DNA from: an uncultured Nitrospinota bacterium
GTDB lineage: Bacteria > Tectomicrobia > Entotheonellia > J063 > CAVPRW01
Reading direction: 5' to 3'
Assembly: GCA_963707985.1 (NCBI GenBank)
Contig: CAVPRW010000001.1
Span: 51,503-115,502, forward strand
Length of the DNA stretch: 64,000 nt
Part shown: positions 1 through 10,002 of the stretch, piece by piece
Numbering within the stretch: the first letter of the stretch is position 1
How the letters are laid out: every line of letters begins with the position of its first letter
Notes under the pieces: generated by a model
Told to the model about the DNA's origin: nothing
Database searches by the model: none
What the model saw: only the letters and a program-made list of their open reading frames with translations
Translations under genes and position numbers: made by a program

Positions 1-1316
1 CGCTTCTCACGGTGCACAGAGCCGCGTCCCCGGCCTACATATGGGGAGGTCTGCTCGACCTGCTTTGCCCAGGTCACGCTGAGCAACCCGTCCACCCGAT
101 GCGCTTTGAACACGAGGGCAATCGCCTCCACGAGCGTCGCTGCGTCAGTGATGTGCCGTTTGCCCCGCCCTCTCGGGGGCGTCAGGGTTGCCAGTTTGGT
201 CTCCGCATGGCACAGACGTGTTTCCAACCCAGCGGCCTGGTGCTCTGCATGCATGGGGGAGCGCACCATCAATACCCGTTCATGCCCTGCCGCGGCGTCC
301 CCGGCAGCGCCCGGCGCCTCACAGGTCCGCTCCAACGCATCGCCTTCGGCCGCCAGCACCTGGTGCCCACGGTCGTTGGTACGCACTAGGCGTGCTCACT
401 CGCCCCTCTCGCCTGGCGTCACCCCCGCGGTGCCCCAGGCGTCCATGGCCGCCGCCGTGGCCCCGGTCAACGGCACCGGCGACACGTACAAGTCCTGGGG
501 TCTCGCCAGAGACGCACGAGTGTCCAACGCGCTCATCTGACCATCGCCGACAAACAACAGACCGCTGGTCTGCAAGCCGGTCCGGAGACGCTCCATGATC
601 GGTATGTATCAGCCATCATCGGCGCGTTCACCCGACAACACAGCCGTCGCCAGCGGCATCCCCAAGGGGTCCAACGACCCCATCATCACGTTGATCTGGG
701 GCCGCGTCGGATCATCTTTGCGATGGCCGAACTGTACCAGGCCCTCTTCTGTGACCTCGTGATCACCCGACACCGTGGTGGCATCACAGCGGATCACGTC
801 CTGAGACAAGTCGTCAACTTCAATGCTACGTGCATTCAGGTCGCGCTCTATCGGGTGCCAATAGGCCGGCTTGCTCAAGTGTTGCAGCCGATGGCTGAAC
901 CGATCATCACGAAAATCCAGCGGCTCGATGACCTGCGCAGTCAGGTGGCTCAGGGTGTGGTGCATGCCCTTGAGGTAGGTTTCCACCGACACTTTCCGGG
1001 GGTCGCCTTCCGTGACGATAGAGGCCAGCCAGATCACGGCGGTCCACCCCCAACTGAGCCCCCGTTGCGTCCAATGGTGCGGGATATGCCGGTCCAAGAC
1101 CTCCGGCAAGCCCATCTTGACCATCTGCCCGATGAGTAGGGCCACATCGTCGACCCGCTCGGTGATCATCACCAAGTCACTTTGCCCAAGGATTGCCTGC
1201 GCTTGTTGCGCCAGTTGCACTCTCATGCCATCCTCCTCTCCCACGCTGGAACTGCTCGGAAGAGAGCATAGCAACTGCACGTCATGGGCTCAAAGGCTAG
1301 GCGACCCAAAGCTCAG
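1..1316 (-). mobile_element. IS1634-family element remnant (DUF4277/DDE transposase pseudogene), running off the window edge
   Basis: ATG at 1226 follows a GAGGAGG RBS. The protein contains TERVDDVALL, 'IRCDATTVSG', 'FGHRKDDPTRPQ' and 'LDPLGMPLAT..SGERADD'. In-frame stops at 609-611 and 396-398 split the ORF. The element end near 1316 is approximate. Confidence 0.85.
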
Positions 1317-1355
1317 GCCCCCGGAAATGAAGCTTTTGGACTTTTTGTACGGCGA

Positions 1356-1661
1356 ATGGGGAGCTACATCATGGCTTTCGTGGATATTCATGACCGCACG
1401 CGCTTTGCCCAGGACTATGTACCTCCCATCGCCTCGACCCTGGAGCTTTTTGGCGGGCGCGTCGTCGCGGCGTCTGACGAACCCACGACTCTCGAGGGCA
1501 GCGTGCCGCCAGGGCGCACGGTGCTCCTGGAGTTCCCGGATCTTGACAGCGCCCGTCGGTGGTATGCCTCCGACGAATATACGCCGCTCCTTGCCCTCCG
1601 CAAGTCCATTTCCACGTCGTCAGCCGTGTTGCTTCCGGGCGGTTTCACGCTCCACGACTGA
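1356..1661 (+). CDS. DUF1330 domain protein
   Basis: Motifs 'FGGRVV..TLEG..PGRTVLLEFPDLDSARRWYASDEY..L..LR' are typical of DUF1330. Confidence 0.85.
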   Translation: MGSYIMAFVDIHDRTRFAQDYVPPIASTLELFGGRVVAASDEPTTLEGSVPPGRTVLLEFPDLDSARRWYASDEYTPLLALRKSISTSSAVLLPGGFTLHD

Positions 1662-1817
1662 CCAGCACGCGCTGTGGGGTGCCGCTTCCTCATGCAGCCG
1701 GCAGAGGGGGACACGGTCCCTGGTAAGGAGGCAGCACAGGTGTCAGGAACCGCTCCTCCAGTGAGCCGTGAGCAGAGGGAACGGCGGGCGCGGGCCGGGG
1801 CTGCGGCGCAGATCGAG

Positions 1818-1899
1818 GCTGAACAAGGGCATGGAGCCGACTGCCGGAAGCCTACGCTGCGCTCCGGCTTCCGGCAGCAGCTCATGCCTGACGTTTGGC
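1818..1899 (+). other. Integron attC site
   Basis: R'' GCTGAAC (1818-1824) and R' GTTTGGC (1893-1899). L boxes GGGCATGGAGC / GCTCATGCCT carry an extrahelical base. Perfect 12-bp inner stem CTGCCGGAAGCC/GGCTTCCGGCAG. Confidence 0.8.
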
Positions 1900-1942
1900 C
1901 TCTTCCGTGTGCGGTGAAGCAGCAGAGTGAATAGCATTGCCT

Positions 1943-2269
1943 ATGACAACGGTAATTTTACTCGTGATCTCGAATATCTTCATGACCCTTGCGTGGTATG
2001 GACATCTGAAGCTGAAGACCAAGTCACTGCTGTTGATGATCCTGATGAGTTGGCTCATCGCGCTGCCGGAGTACACGTTCCAAGTACCCGCAAACCGCAT
2101 CGGTTCGGAGACGTTCACGATCACACAACTCAAGATCATGCAAGAGTGCATCACCCTCGTCGTGTTCACTGTCATCGTCTACTTGCTCTTTGGCGAGCGT
2201 CCATCGTGGAACATCTTCATCTCGTATCTCTTCATCATGGGTGCAGTCTATTTCGCATTTCGAGGCTGA
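1943..2269 (+). CDS. DMT_6 (DUF486) family small membrane transporter
   Basis: Signature 'SNIFMTLAWYGHLK...SWLIALPEY..QVPANRIG....QLKIMQE'; four hydrophobic segments. Confidence 0.9.
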   Translation: MTTVILLVISNIFMTLAWYGHLKLKTKSLLLMILMSWLIALPEYTFQVPANRIGSETFTITQLKIMQECITLVVFTVIVYLLFGERPSWNIFISYLFIMGAVYFAFRG

Positions 2270-2633
2270 GATGGCATCAGGACCGCGGACAAAGACACGC
2301 CGACCGGGTGACGCTGTTGGCTTCTTCGTGCCTGAGGCAGTGTTCCATACAGGGGCGGGGTGTGCGCGGCGCACGTCACCGGCGCGGAGCAGCATGAGAG
2401 CCGTAGGTGGTCGGGAAACACGATTTCCTGTCAGAGGCGGCGCCAGGACGATCCGACGGTTGAGCCTGCGGATCACCGGGGGTGGGCGCCCACCCGACTG
2501 GTCGGCGTCGGGTGCCGGCCTCCATCGAGGGACGCGTGTGCCTCGGGGTCGCGTCACGTCGTCGAGGATTGCCCCATCCCGGGGCGGCACCTCTGCCGCT
2601 GGCGGGTGGCGAGTGCGGTGAGACGCCGTTCCG

Positions 2634-2728
2634 GGCCAAGCAGGACTCGGTGGTGACGGGAGCCGGGGGACCGCTGGGGCCCTGGCCCCCCTCCAGCCTA
2701 CCCCTCGGCAGTCATTATGTCTAGACGG
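2634..2728 (+). other. Possible degenerate attC site
   Basis: Long imperfect hairpin at 2651-2717. It is preceded by GGCCAAGC (near-complement of the cassette start GTTTGGCC) and followed by GT(C)TAGACGG. Spacing is non-canonical. Confidence 0.35.
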
Positions 2729-2748
2729 TCAGAGAGAGCGAGGAGAAC

Positions 2749-3174
2749 GTGATGGAACCACGCCATGTGTTTTGGGAGGTCGTGGAAGGTCGAAGACCGT
2801 ATGGGCCAGACGCGCAAATCCTCGGGGCCAGGATCGTTGAGGCCGTGCCTGGTTCTGGCCGCATCACCGTCGAGTTTGACGGCCAGGCGTTCCCGACGCA
2901 GGTGCTGGGTCATGTGAGCGGTGGCTTTATCGCCGCCATGCTGGACTTCACGGCCAGTCGAGCGCCCGCCACCACGTTCGAGCCGAATGAGTATGGTCCG
3001 TCGCTCGAACTCAAAGTCAGTTTCATTCGAGCTGCCTATGTGGGCAAGTTTCGAGGCATTGGACGCACACTCCATCGCACCCAGTCCATTGCATTCACGG
3101 AAGCGGAGCTGCGCAACGAAGCGGGAGAGCTCATCGCCACCGCTTCTTCGACGCTTCGCATCATTCGTCAGTGA
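2749..3174 (+). CDS. PaaI family thioesterase (hotdog fold)
   Basis: 'GHVSGGFIAAMLD', 'SLELKVSFIR', 'EAELRNEAGELIATASST'; GAGGAG RBS. Confidence 0.9.
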   Translation: MMEPRHVFWEVVEGRRPYGPDAQILGARIVEAVPGSGRITVEFDGQAFPTQVLGHVSGGFIAAMLDFTASRAPATTFEPNEYGPSLELKVSFIRAAYVGKFRGIGRTLHRTQSIAFTEAELRNEAGELIATASSTLRIIRQ

Positions 3175-3180
3175 GTGCCC

Positions 3181-3290
3181 GTCTAACACGCCAATGCAGC
3201 GGACGGGGGAACAGCGGTGGTGTGCAACATGGTGGTCTGGTCGCAGTTTGGTCGCAGTGCGGCCCCCGCCGCTGGGCGTGAGCGATAGAA
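3181..3290 (+). other. Degenerate integron attC site
   Basis: R'' GTCTAAC just after the PaaI stop; stem ACGCC..CAGCGG(A)CGGGGG / CCCCCGCCGCTG GGCGT; R' mutated to GATAGAA. Confidence 0.65.
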
Positions 3291-3639
3291 AACAAACTTA
3301 TCGCGGACGCGGTCCTCTTGCTCGCAAGCTTCCACACCTTCCACCACACCGGCACACAGCGCTGCCGGAAAGGCTCACACGCGTGTCGATAGACTCGACC
3401 TCACCTCGCCGATAAACCTGGGTGATAGTGATCATCAAAACGCCATGCGAGCAGGGCTTCACCGCAACTGAGCTTTGTCCCCCATACATCTCTGGCAACA
3501 GCGGCCGCATACTGGTACGTTTAATTCTGAGAGGTATGAGCGCCAAGTTTCCCGAGAGCGTTGACTCAGCGATGTCACCTAGCGTGACACTGATGTCGTC
3601 GTATGAGAGCGGCTGGGTCCGAGGGGAGGAGTGTGAGCG

Positions 3640-6600
3640 GTGATGGCAACCGACAGTACCAAGAGCATGGACCTGATCGGGATTGTCGAACGGGAGTTGG
3701 ATGTCGACGGCCGGCGATGGTCGTTGATCATGGCGGATGTTCTGGCTCCAGGATTGTTCGATGAGGCAGGCGCCATCACGGCTGAGGCGCATCGGGGCAT
3801 CGCTGATTACGTGCGATGTGTCCCACCGCACCAGGTGGCGCGGGCACGTCTGATCATCGGTGACTTTCATGTGCTGGCTCTCGTGCTGCCTGAGACGCGA
3901 ACGTGTCGGCTGTACACGCCTGGTGCAGCGCAGGAAGCCTTTCTGCTGACGCTGTCGGACGATGCCGCACTGCAGGCGCATGTGGACGTCCTCGGGCAAT
4001 ATCCTCCCACGTTCACGACCATCGACCAGGTGACCGTGACCTCTCACTTGGTTGATCTCCCCTCTTCCAGTACGCCAGTGGGGGGACACGCGCGAGCTGT
4101 ATGGGAAACCAAGGTCTACCAAGAGGTCGAGAAGTTGGTCCGCCTGACGGAGACCTACAGACCGACGCCGGTCGAGCGCTTGCAAAACTGGTTTCTGCGG
4201 GTGACCACGGAGCATACGCCTCTACTACACCAGGTACTGCGCTTCGTCGCCGTCCTCCCCAGCCTGCGCTATGATCAGTCACACCGTGAGATGGTACGCG
4301 CCCTTCATGAGAACGTCCGTTTGCTGCAACGCACACTGACGGTGCAACTCGATCGCCACCGTTGGCGCGATCGACTCCTGGCACTGGTGGCCCGTGTCAT
4401 CGCGCTTGCTGCTGGAACGTTACCCCCTCGCATCACCGTGGCATTGGTCGATCGTGCTGTGGCACTGATCGCGACGCGGTTCATCCTACCTGATACCCCG
4501 GCCGAGGTGTCGGCGCGACTAGAAGACCTCACACGCCTGGGACGCGATGCCAGCCTGGATCAGCTAGGCGAGCTGGTGCTCACTCAGCAGGAGGCCGAGC
4601 GCTATGCCGATGCCGTCATGCGGCTGATCGATCTCACCGCGACGCACTCTGGTAGCTCGGTGGACTGGCGGACGGTCAATGCCGCTGGCATTCCACGGGC
4701 GCAGGTGTCGGTGAAACTGTCTGCCCTGTCCACACATTTCAACCCGATTGCGCCGCAGGCCACGGCTGAGGAGATGCGCCAGCGCCTGAGCCGCATCCTA
4801 CAGCATGCCAAGCGCCGGGGGGCGTTCATCTGCTTCGATGCCGAGCATTATGCCTACCGCGACCTCGCCGTGCATATTCCAGCACTGGTGCTGGCCGCGA
4901 CACCGGAGTTGGACGACTTCCACGATTTCGGCTTTGTCGTGCAGGCATATCTGCAGGATGCGGTCTCCTTTGTTGAGCATGTCACCACCCTCGCCCGGCA
5001 GCGTGGCCACCGCATCCAGGTGCGTCTGGTCAAGGGGGCCTACTGGGATGCGGAAACGACCGAAGCGGTGGCTGAAGACGTCCCGGCCCCAACGTTTTGG
5101 AATAAGGCGGAGACGGACATTCATTTCCAGCAGCTGGTCTTGTTGATCCTGGAACGATCGGACGCCCTGGCCCTGGCGGTGGGATCGCATAACCTGCGCG
5201 AACATGCCTTCGCCGAAACCGCCCGCACCCACCTGTATCCACTCGCCCCAGTGATCGAGCACCAGGTCCTCCACCGCTCGGCCGAAGGGCTGGCGCGGGC
5301 GCTGGCGCGAGCGGGATGGGTGACGCGCGACTACGTGCCGGTGGGGGATCTCCTGCCTGGGATCGCCTACCTAGTCCGGCGTATTCTGGAGAACTCGTCG
5401 CAAGTGGGCATCCTGGCTCAAAGCCGTGAACAGCTCTCAGCAGAGACTATCGCCACCGACCCGGCGCGTGTTCTCGCCGAGATACTCACTCAGGGGACAT
5501 ACGCCTGGGACCCCGCCGTGCAGGCGACGCATGGAGACTTCCGGCCATCCTCTCCAGTCCGCCTGCATGCGCCTGCCGAGCGGGAGGCCTTCGCCACCGC
5601 GCTGGATTCGACTAAGGTTCACAGTCCAGCATTCGTTACGCCTGCAGACGTACCCCAGATGGTGCAACGAGCCATGCAGGGAGCTGAAGCGTGGGGTGCC
5701 TGCCCACCGGAGGCACGGGCGACCGTACTGATCCGTGCCGCTGAGCTCATGCGCGCCCAACGGCTAGCCCTCGGGGCTTTGATCGTACGGGAGGGCCGTA
5801 AAGTCTGGACCGAGGCGCTCGCGGATGTGGATGAGGCGGTCGATTATCTCCGGTTCTACGCCCGCAGCGCCATACATTGGCATTCCGTCCTGGGTGATCG
5901 CCTGCAGCCCGTCGGGATCGCGGCCGTCATCGCACCGTGGAATTTCCCTCTGGCCATTCCGTGCGGGATGACCGGGGCGGCCCTGGCGGCAGGGAACGCC
6001 GTCCTGTTGAAGCCAGCGGAGCAAACGCCAGCCATCGCTGCGGCGCTGACGACATTGCTGCATACGGCTGGCATACCCCCTGAGGCCCTGATCTTCGTCC
6101 CCGGCGATGGTCAGGTCGGAGCCGCGCTGGTGGCGGACTCACGGGTGGACCTCATCGCCTTCACGGGTTCCTGGGAGGTGGGCGCGCAGATCTTCTATTC
6201 CTCCGCACGAGTACCAACCCGGCGGTTGCGTCGAGTCATTGCCGAGACCGGGTCGAAGAACCCCATCGTCGTCACCGCCACGGCAGATATGGATAGTGCC
6301 ATCGAGGGCATCCTACGGTCGGCCTTTGGGCATGCCGGCCAGAAGTGCTCGGCCGGCTCACGCATACTCGTGGATATACGCCTGGCTCTGTCATTGGCTG
6401 AACGGTTTGGTCAGGCGGCCATGGGACTACGCCTGGGCCAAGCTGAAGATCCTGCGACACAGCTCAATCCTGTCATTACTCCGTCGGAGGCCGCACGCCT
6501 CCGTGCAGCCGCCGCACGAGCCGCCGCCGAGGTTCAGGCCACGGGCGGGAAGGTCGTGGTCGACGCCACAGCGAGTGTCGACAGTCCTGATCTGGTGGGG

Positions 6601-7515
6601 CCAGCTATCTTTCTGTTGCGCGACGGTGTTGCTCCGGCACACGTGCCATCCGTGCATGAAGAGCTCTTCGGGCCCATCGTCCATGTGATCCCCTACTCCA
6701 CGCTGGCACAGGCTGTACAGTTCGCCAACGGCGTCCCCTATGCGCTCACGGCAGGTATCTTCGCGCAGAGCAGCGAGGACGTGGAGTTCTTGGCGCGTTA
6801 CCTGGACGCTGGCAGCGTGTATATTAACCGTCCGATCACCGCCGCGCGGGTTGGCGTCGAGCCTTTCGGCGGCTTCAAACGCTCAGGGACCGGTCCCAAG
6901 GCGGGTAGTGAAGAGTACCTCCTAGCATTCGTCGACATCGCCCCAGGCGCTCCAGCGGTCGCGGCTGTGGTGGTGGAGAATCTCCGACGCGAGGCTCTCC
7001 GTGCCCTGGCGCCACGTCCCACCGTGGACATCCCCGGCCAGTTGAATCGGTTGGTGTATGATCGACCGCTGGGACATGGGCTGGTGCTGGCCGACACCCC
7101 AGCCTATTTCCGACAGGCGGCGGTTGTGGCTGCCCTCACCGCCGGGAATGCTGTCACCGCCGTGGTGCAGAACTCGGAAGAGGCCGAGACCCTGCGAGCC
7201 GTGGCACTGCATGGCACCACCCCAGGGTTGGATACGGAGCGGTTCCATGTTGTCGTGGGAACGGACGCTGAAGCCCTGGCCTCCATCTCGACCTTCGATT
7301 TCGTCGCCGGGTCGACTGCCGGTCTGCGCGCCGCCGCTCATGCGTATGCCGAGCATCCCAAATGGGACCAACTGCCAGCCTTCATTGGGCCAGACAATGG
7401 AGCCCCGCCCGATCTTCCGGCGGAGTTCATACGACGCTTCGTCCGGCCCCGGCTGATCGCCGAAAATACCCTCCGGCACGGCGCGCTGATTTCGACCGGC
7501 GGCAAGTGGGACTAA
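3640..7515 (+). CDS. putA: Bifunctional proline dehydrogenase / P5C dehydrogenase with extra N- and C-terminal domains
   Basis: PRODH motifs SVKLSAL, FDAE, RLVKGAYWD, GSHN, YLVRRILEN. ALDH motifs IAPWNFPLAI, AFTGS, IAETGSKN, GQKCSA, EELFGP, PFGGFKRSG. GGAGGAG RBS. Confidence 0.92.
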   Translation: MMATDSTKSMDLIGIVERELDVDGRRWSLIMADVLAPGLFDEAGAITAEAHRGIADYVRCVPPHQVARARLIIGDFHVLALVLPETRTCRLYTPGAAQEAFLLTLSDDAALQAHVDVLGQYPPTFTTIDQVTVTSHLVDLPSSSTPVGGHARAVWETKVYQEVEKLVRLTETYRPTPVERLQNWFLRVTTEHTPLLHQVLRFVAVLPSLRYDQSHREMVRALHENVRLLQRTLTVQLDRHRWRDRLLALVARVIALAAGTLPPRITVALVDRAVALIATRFILPDTPAEVSARLEDLTRLGRDASLDQLGELVLTQQEAERYADAVMRLIDLTATHSGSSVDWRTVNAAGIPRAQVSVKLSALSTHFNPIAPQATAEEMRQRLSRILQHAKRRGAFICFDAEHYAYRDLAVHIPALVLAATPELDDFHDFGFVVQAYLQDAVSFVEHVTTLARQRGHRIQVRLVKGAYWDAETTEAVAEDVPAPTFWNKAETDIHFQQLVLLILERSDALALAVGSHNLREHAFAETARTHLYPLAPVIEHQVLHRSAEGLARALARAGWVTRDYVPVGDLLPGIAYLVRRILENSSQVGILAQSREQLSAETIATDPARVLAEILTQGTYAWDPAVQATHGDFRPSSPVRLHAPAEREAFATALDSTKVHSPAFVTPADVPQMVQRAMQGAEAWGACPPEARATVLIRAAELMRAQRLALGALIVREGRKVWTEALADVDEAVDYLRFYARSAIHWHSVLGDRLQPVGIAAVIAPWNFPLAIPCGMTGAALAAGNAVLLKPAEQTPAIAAALTTLLHTAGIPPEALIFVPGDGQVGAALVADSRVDLIAFTGSWEVGAQIFYSSARVPTRRLRRVIAETGSKNPIVVTATADMDSAIEGILRSAFGHAGQKCSAGSRILVDIRLALSLAERFGQAAMGLRLGQAEDPATQLNPVITPSEAARLRAAAARAAAEVQATGGKVVVDATASVDSPDLVGPAIFLLRDGVAPAHVPSVHEELFGPIVHVIPYSTLAQAVQFANGVPYALTAGIFAQSSEDVEFLARYLDAGSVYINRPITAARVGVEPFGGFKRSGTGPKAGSEEYLLAFVDIAPGAPAVAAVVVENLRREALRALAPRPTVDIPGQLNRLVYDRPLGHGLVLADTPAYFRQAAVVAALTAGNAVTAVVQNSEEAETLRAVALHGTTPGLDTERFHVVVGTDAEALASISTFDFVAGSTAGLRAAAHAYAEHPKWDQLPAFIGPDNGAPPDLPAEFIRRFVRPRLIAENTLRHGALISTGGKWD

Positions 7516-7629
7516 CGCAGCAGCACTCACAACGTCTGGAGGCTATGTCAAGGGCTAACGACTTCCTGCCACATCCTCGCAAACGAACTCGCCGCTGCGC
7601 GCGATGGCCTGCAGCGCTTCTAGGAGGAT

Positions 7630-8110
7630 AGATGCAGACCGATGCCACACCTGCGGCTGTTCTCCTAGGGCGCGGACCTTCTTGCACCCCAGCCGCTGGC
7701 CTGTGGCTGTCTCCTACGTGAGCTCCGTGGTCCACTGCACCGCGGCCTTCTACACATCGGGTGGCGTGCGACGCTCCGTCAACCCCAGCATGGTCTTCAG
7801 GGGAGTACTGCCGCCCTGAGAACGCGTACAGTCAACGTGGTAGCGCCGCAGCCCGATCGCCCCCACCAGCGTCTCCAGGGTGCGCTCCTGGGGACCACGC
7901 GCCGATCGCGCCTGTCCACACCGGGGGCAGGCTGCCGTGCGCGGCTCCACCAAGCCCTCCGTGATCGCGTGGGTCAACTCCTGCCGCAAGGCAAAGACCG
8001 CTTGGGTCAGCTCTTCCAAGGTGGGTGTGGGGGCTTTCACCTGCGCCTCCAGTCGATCCAACCAGAGTCGAGCACTTCGACAAGGAAGCCCGCAGAGTCG
8101 CACTTGTCTG
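7630..8110 (-). pseudogene. ISKra4-family transposase N-terminal fragment
   Basis: 'TLEELTQAVFALRQELT..CPRCG..RTLETLVGAIGLRR..C..LGLTERR..PDV*KAAV'; stops, no catalytic part. Boundaries approximate. Confidence 0.7.
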
Positions 8111-8481
8111 GGAAAATCTCGCCAAACTGGGTGAAGGCTTAAGCAGACCCTGAGCGCTCTTGAATGCCGCACTAGCCTATGAGTTGGCCGGATACCAGGC
8201 CAATGCTACGTATCTGGCGAGGGAGGTTTTACCTCGCTTAGATGCTGATCTTCAGCCGGACCTTTACTCGCTTGTCTCGAGTTTTCTGCAACGCAGGCTC
8301 CTCCTGACTTGGCGTCTCAGTGAGCAACTCCGCCGGTACCCTCCCGACGCTTCACAAGAGCTGGACGTTTTGGCGTTAAAGCTCGGAGAGATGGTCCTCG
8401 GCGATGCTTTGGCGAAGGCCTGCCGCTTCTTCTTGAATGGCTCGACGTCTTCATTCAAAGCGAGACTACGTCTCCTAAAGG

Positions 8482-9657
8482 TCAGGCCATGGTGTATTTG
8501 CGGAGGATCTTCTCATCCAGCTCGATTCCCAGCCCGGGCTTGTTCGGCGGGGCCGCCATATAACCGTCGGCAAAGATCTCGATCGGCTCTTTGACGAGAT
8601 CGTGCCGTAGAGGGTTGGGCTGGTCCTTAGACCAGTCGCTCTGCATATACTCGTAGGTCAAGAAGTGCGGTAGAGCCGCAGCAATGTGCAGTCCTACTGC
8701 CAAGGCGACAGCTGAACAGCTGCCGGTATGGGGGGCATAGGGAATGTGGAAGGCGCTGCTCATGGCGGCGATCTTGCGCGCCTCGCTCAGCCCGCCGGTG
8801 CGGCAGGCATTCGGTTGGACGATGTCGACCGCCCGGCGCACCAGGAGATCACGAAAATCGTAGCGTGTAAAGGATGCTTCGCCGGCAGCCACGGGGATAT
8901 CCAAAGCGGCCGCCAACGCCTGATAGCCATCGACATGCTCAGGGCTGAGGGGCTCTTCATACCAGGCGATGTCGAGCGCTTCCAACTGCCGCCCCACGCG
9001 CAATGCCGTGCCCACATCAGCATGATACCCGCAGTTGACATCGACCATCAGAGTAATGCGATCTCCGACCTCTTTGCGGATGGCCTTCACCAGGCTCAGA
9101 TCATCGGTTGGGTCGAAGGGATTCTGGCCAATCTTGATCTTCATCGCCCGGAAGCCACGCTCAACAAACGTCCTGGCCGTGTCGAGCGTGGTTTCGAGAC
9201 CGCGAAAGCGGAGTGATGAGGCATAGGCGGCGATGCGGTCGCGCTGCTTGCCGCCCAGCAGTTGATAGACCGGCACCCCATAGGCCTTACCGGTCACATC
9301 CCACAGAGCGATGTCGATTCCACTGACGGCTTCGATAAAAAACCCGCGCGAGTGACCGCGATTCATCATGGTACCATACATGAGCTCCCAGAGCACTTCG
9401 GTTTCCCGCGGATCTTTGCCGCACAGTACTGGGGCAATCTCTTCCACGATCGCCTGCAGCGCCTTTGGGGCAAGCCGCGTCATGCACTCACCGATGCCGA
9501 TCAGGCCTTCATCGGTGAACACCTGGACAATCGTGGCCCGGTAGCCGCCAAAGACGACGGATGCCAATTGATCGGCGTAGGGCAGGGCAATCGGCGCGCC
9601 AACGCTCTGTTCCAGGGGAACAAAGAGCGGAATGGCTCGGATCTCGGTAATTTTCAT
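8482..9657 (-). CDS. Mandelate racemase/muconate lactonizing enzyme family protein (enolase superfamily)
   Basis: SGIDIALWD, PVYQLLGG, KIKIG (KxK), MVDVN, WYEEP, AAGE, PH, PGLGIELD; GGAGG RBS. Confidence 0.93.
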   Translation of the reverse strand: MKITEIRAIPLFVPLEQSVGAPIALPYADQLASVVFGGYRATIVQVFTDEGLIGIGECMTRLAPKALQAIVEEIAPVLCGKDPRETEVLWELMYGTMMNRGHSRGFFIEAVSGIDIALWDVTGKAYGVPVYQLLGGKQRDRIAAYASSLRFRGLETTLDTARTFVERGFRAMKIKIGQNPFDPTDDLSLVKAIRKEVGDRITLMVDVNCGYHADVGTALRVGRQLEALDIAWYEEPLSPEHVDGYQALAAALDIPVAAGEASFTRYDFRDLLVRRAVDIVQPNACRTGGLSEARKIAAMSSAFHIPYAPHTGSCSAVALAVGLHIAAALPHFLTYEYMQSDWSKDQPNPLRHDLVKEPIEIFADGYMAAPPNKPGLGIELDEKILRKYTMA

Positions 9658-9848
9658 CGTGACCTCCAATCGACAGGGCCTTCCTCCTGATTACCTACTG
9701 GTACTTCACGCCATCGATCATGCGGGATCATAGCCGACAACGTTGCTCTGCCACAAGAGGCGACAGCCAAGGGTAACGGCAGAGGGCATCACAGCGGGCT
9801 CCGTCACTGTTTTGTGACGCCGGCTCTGAAACGATTTCCTCTCCCCAG

Positions 9849-9869
9849 CCCTCTCCCAGTGGGCGAGGG
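9849..9869. repeat. REP-like short palindrome CCCTCTCCC-agt-GGGCGAGGG
   Basis: Inverted repeat with one mismatch in the intergenic region; resembles a widespread CCCTCTCCC/GGGAGAGGG extragenic palindrome. Confidence 0.5.
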
Positions 9870-10002
9870 AGGAAAGCGAATCCTCATGTGACGGTGCAAA
9901 CTGGTGATGTGTACGCGCCTCAGAAACCGTTATTGACATTCGATGGCGTGCTGACTACAGTGCGCGGAAAACGTAGGGAAGAATAAACGAAGGAGGGCAG
10001 CC

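Noticed and set aside
7510..7625. attC after putA (which would make putA a giant cassette)
   Set aside because: ACTAAC/GCTAAC occur, but there is no GTT R' box, no paired L boxes and no complementarity to the upstream cassette start.
8160..8470. Short ORFs between the ISKra4 fragment and the enolase-family gene
   Set aside because: No recognisable motifs, conflicting frames, and no well-spaced RBS/start.
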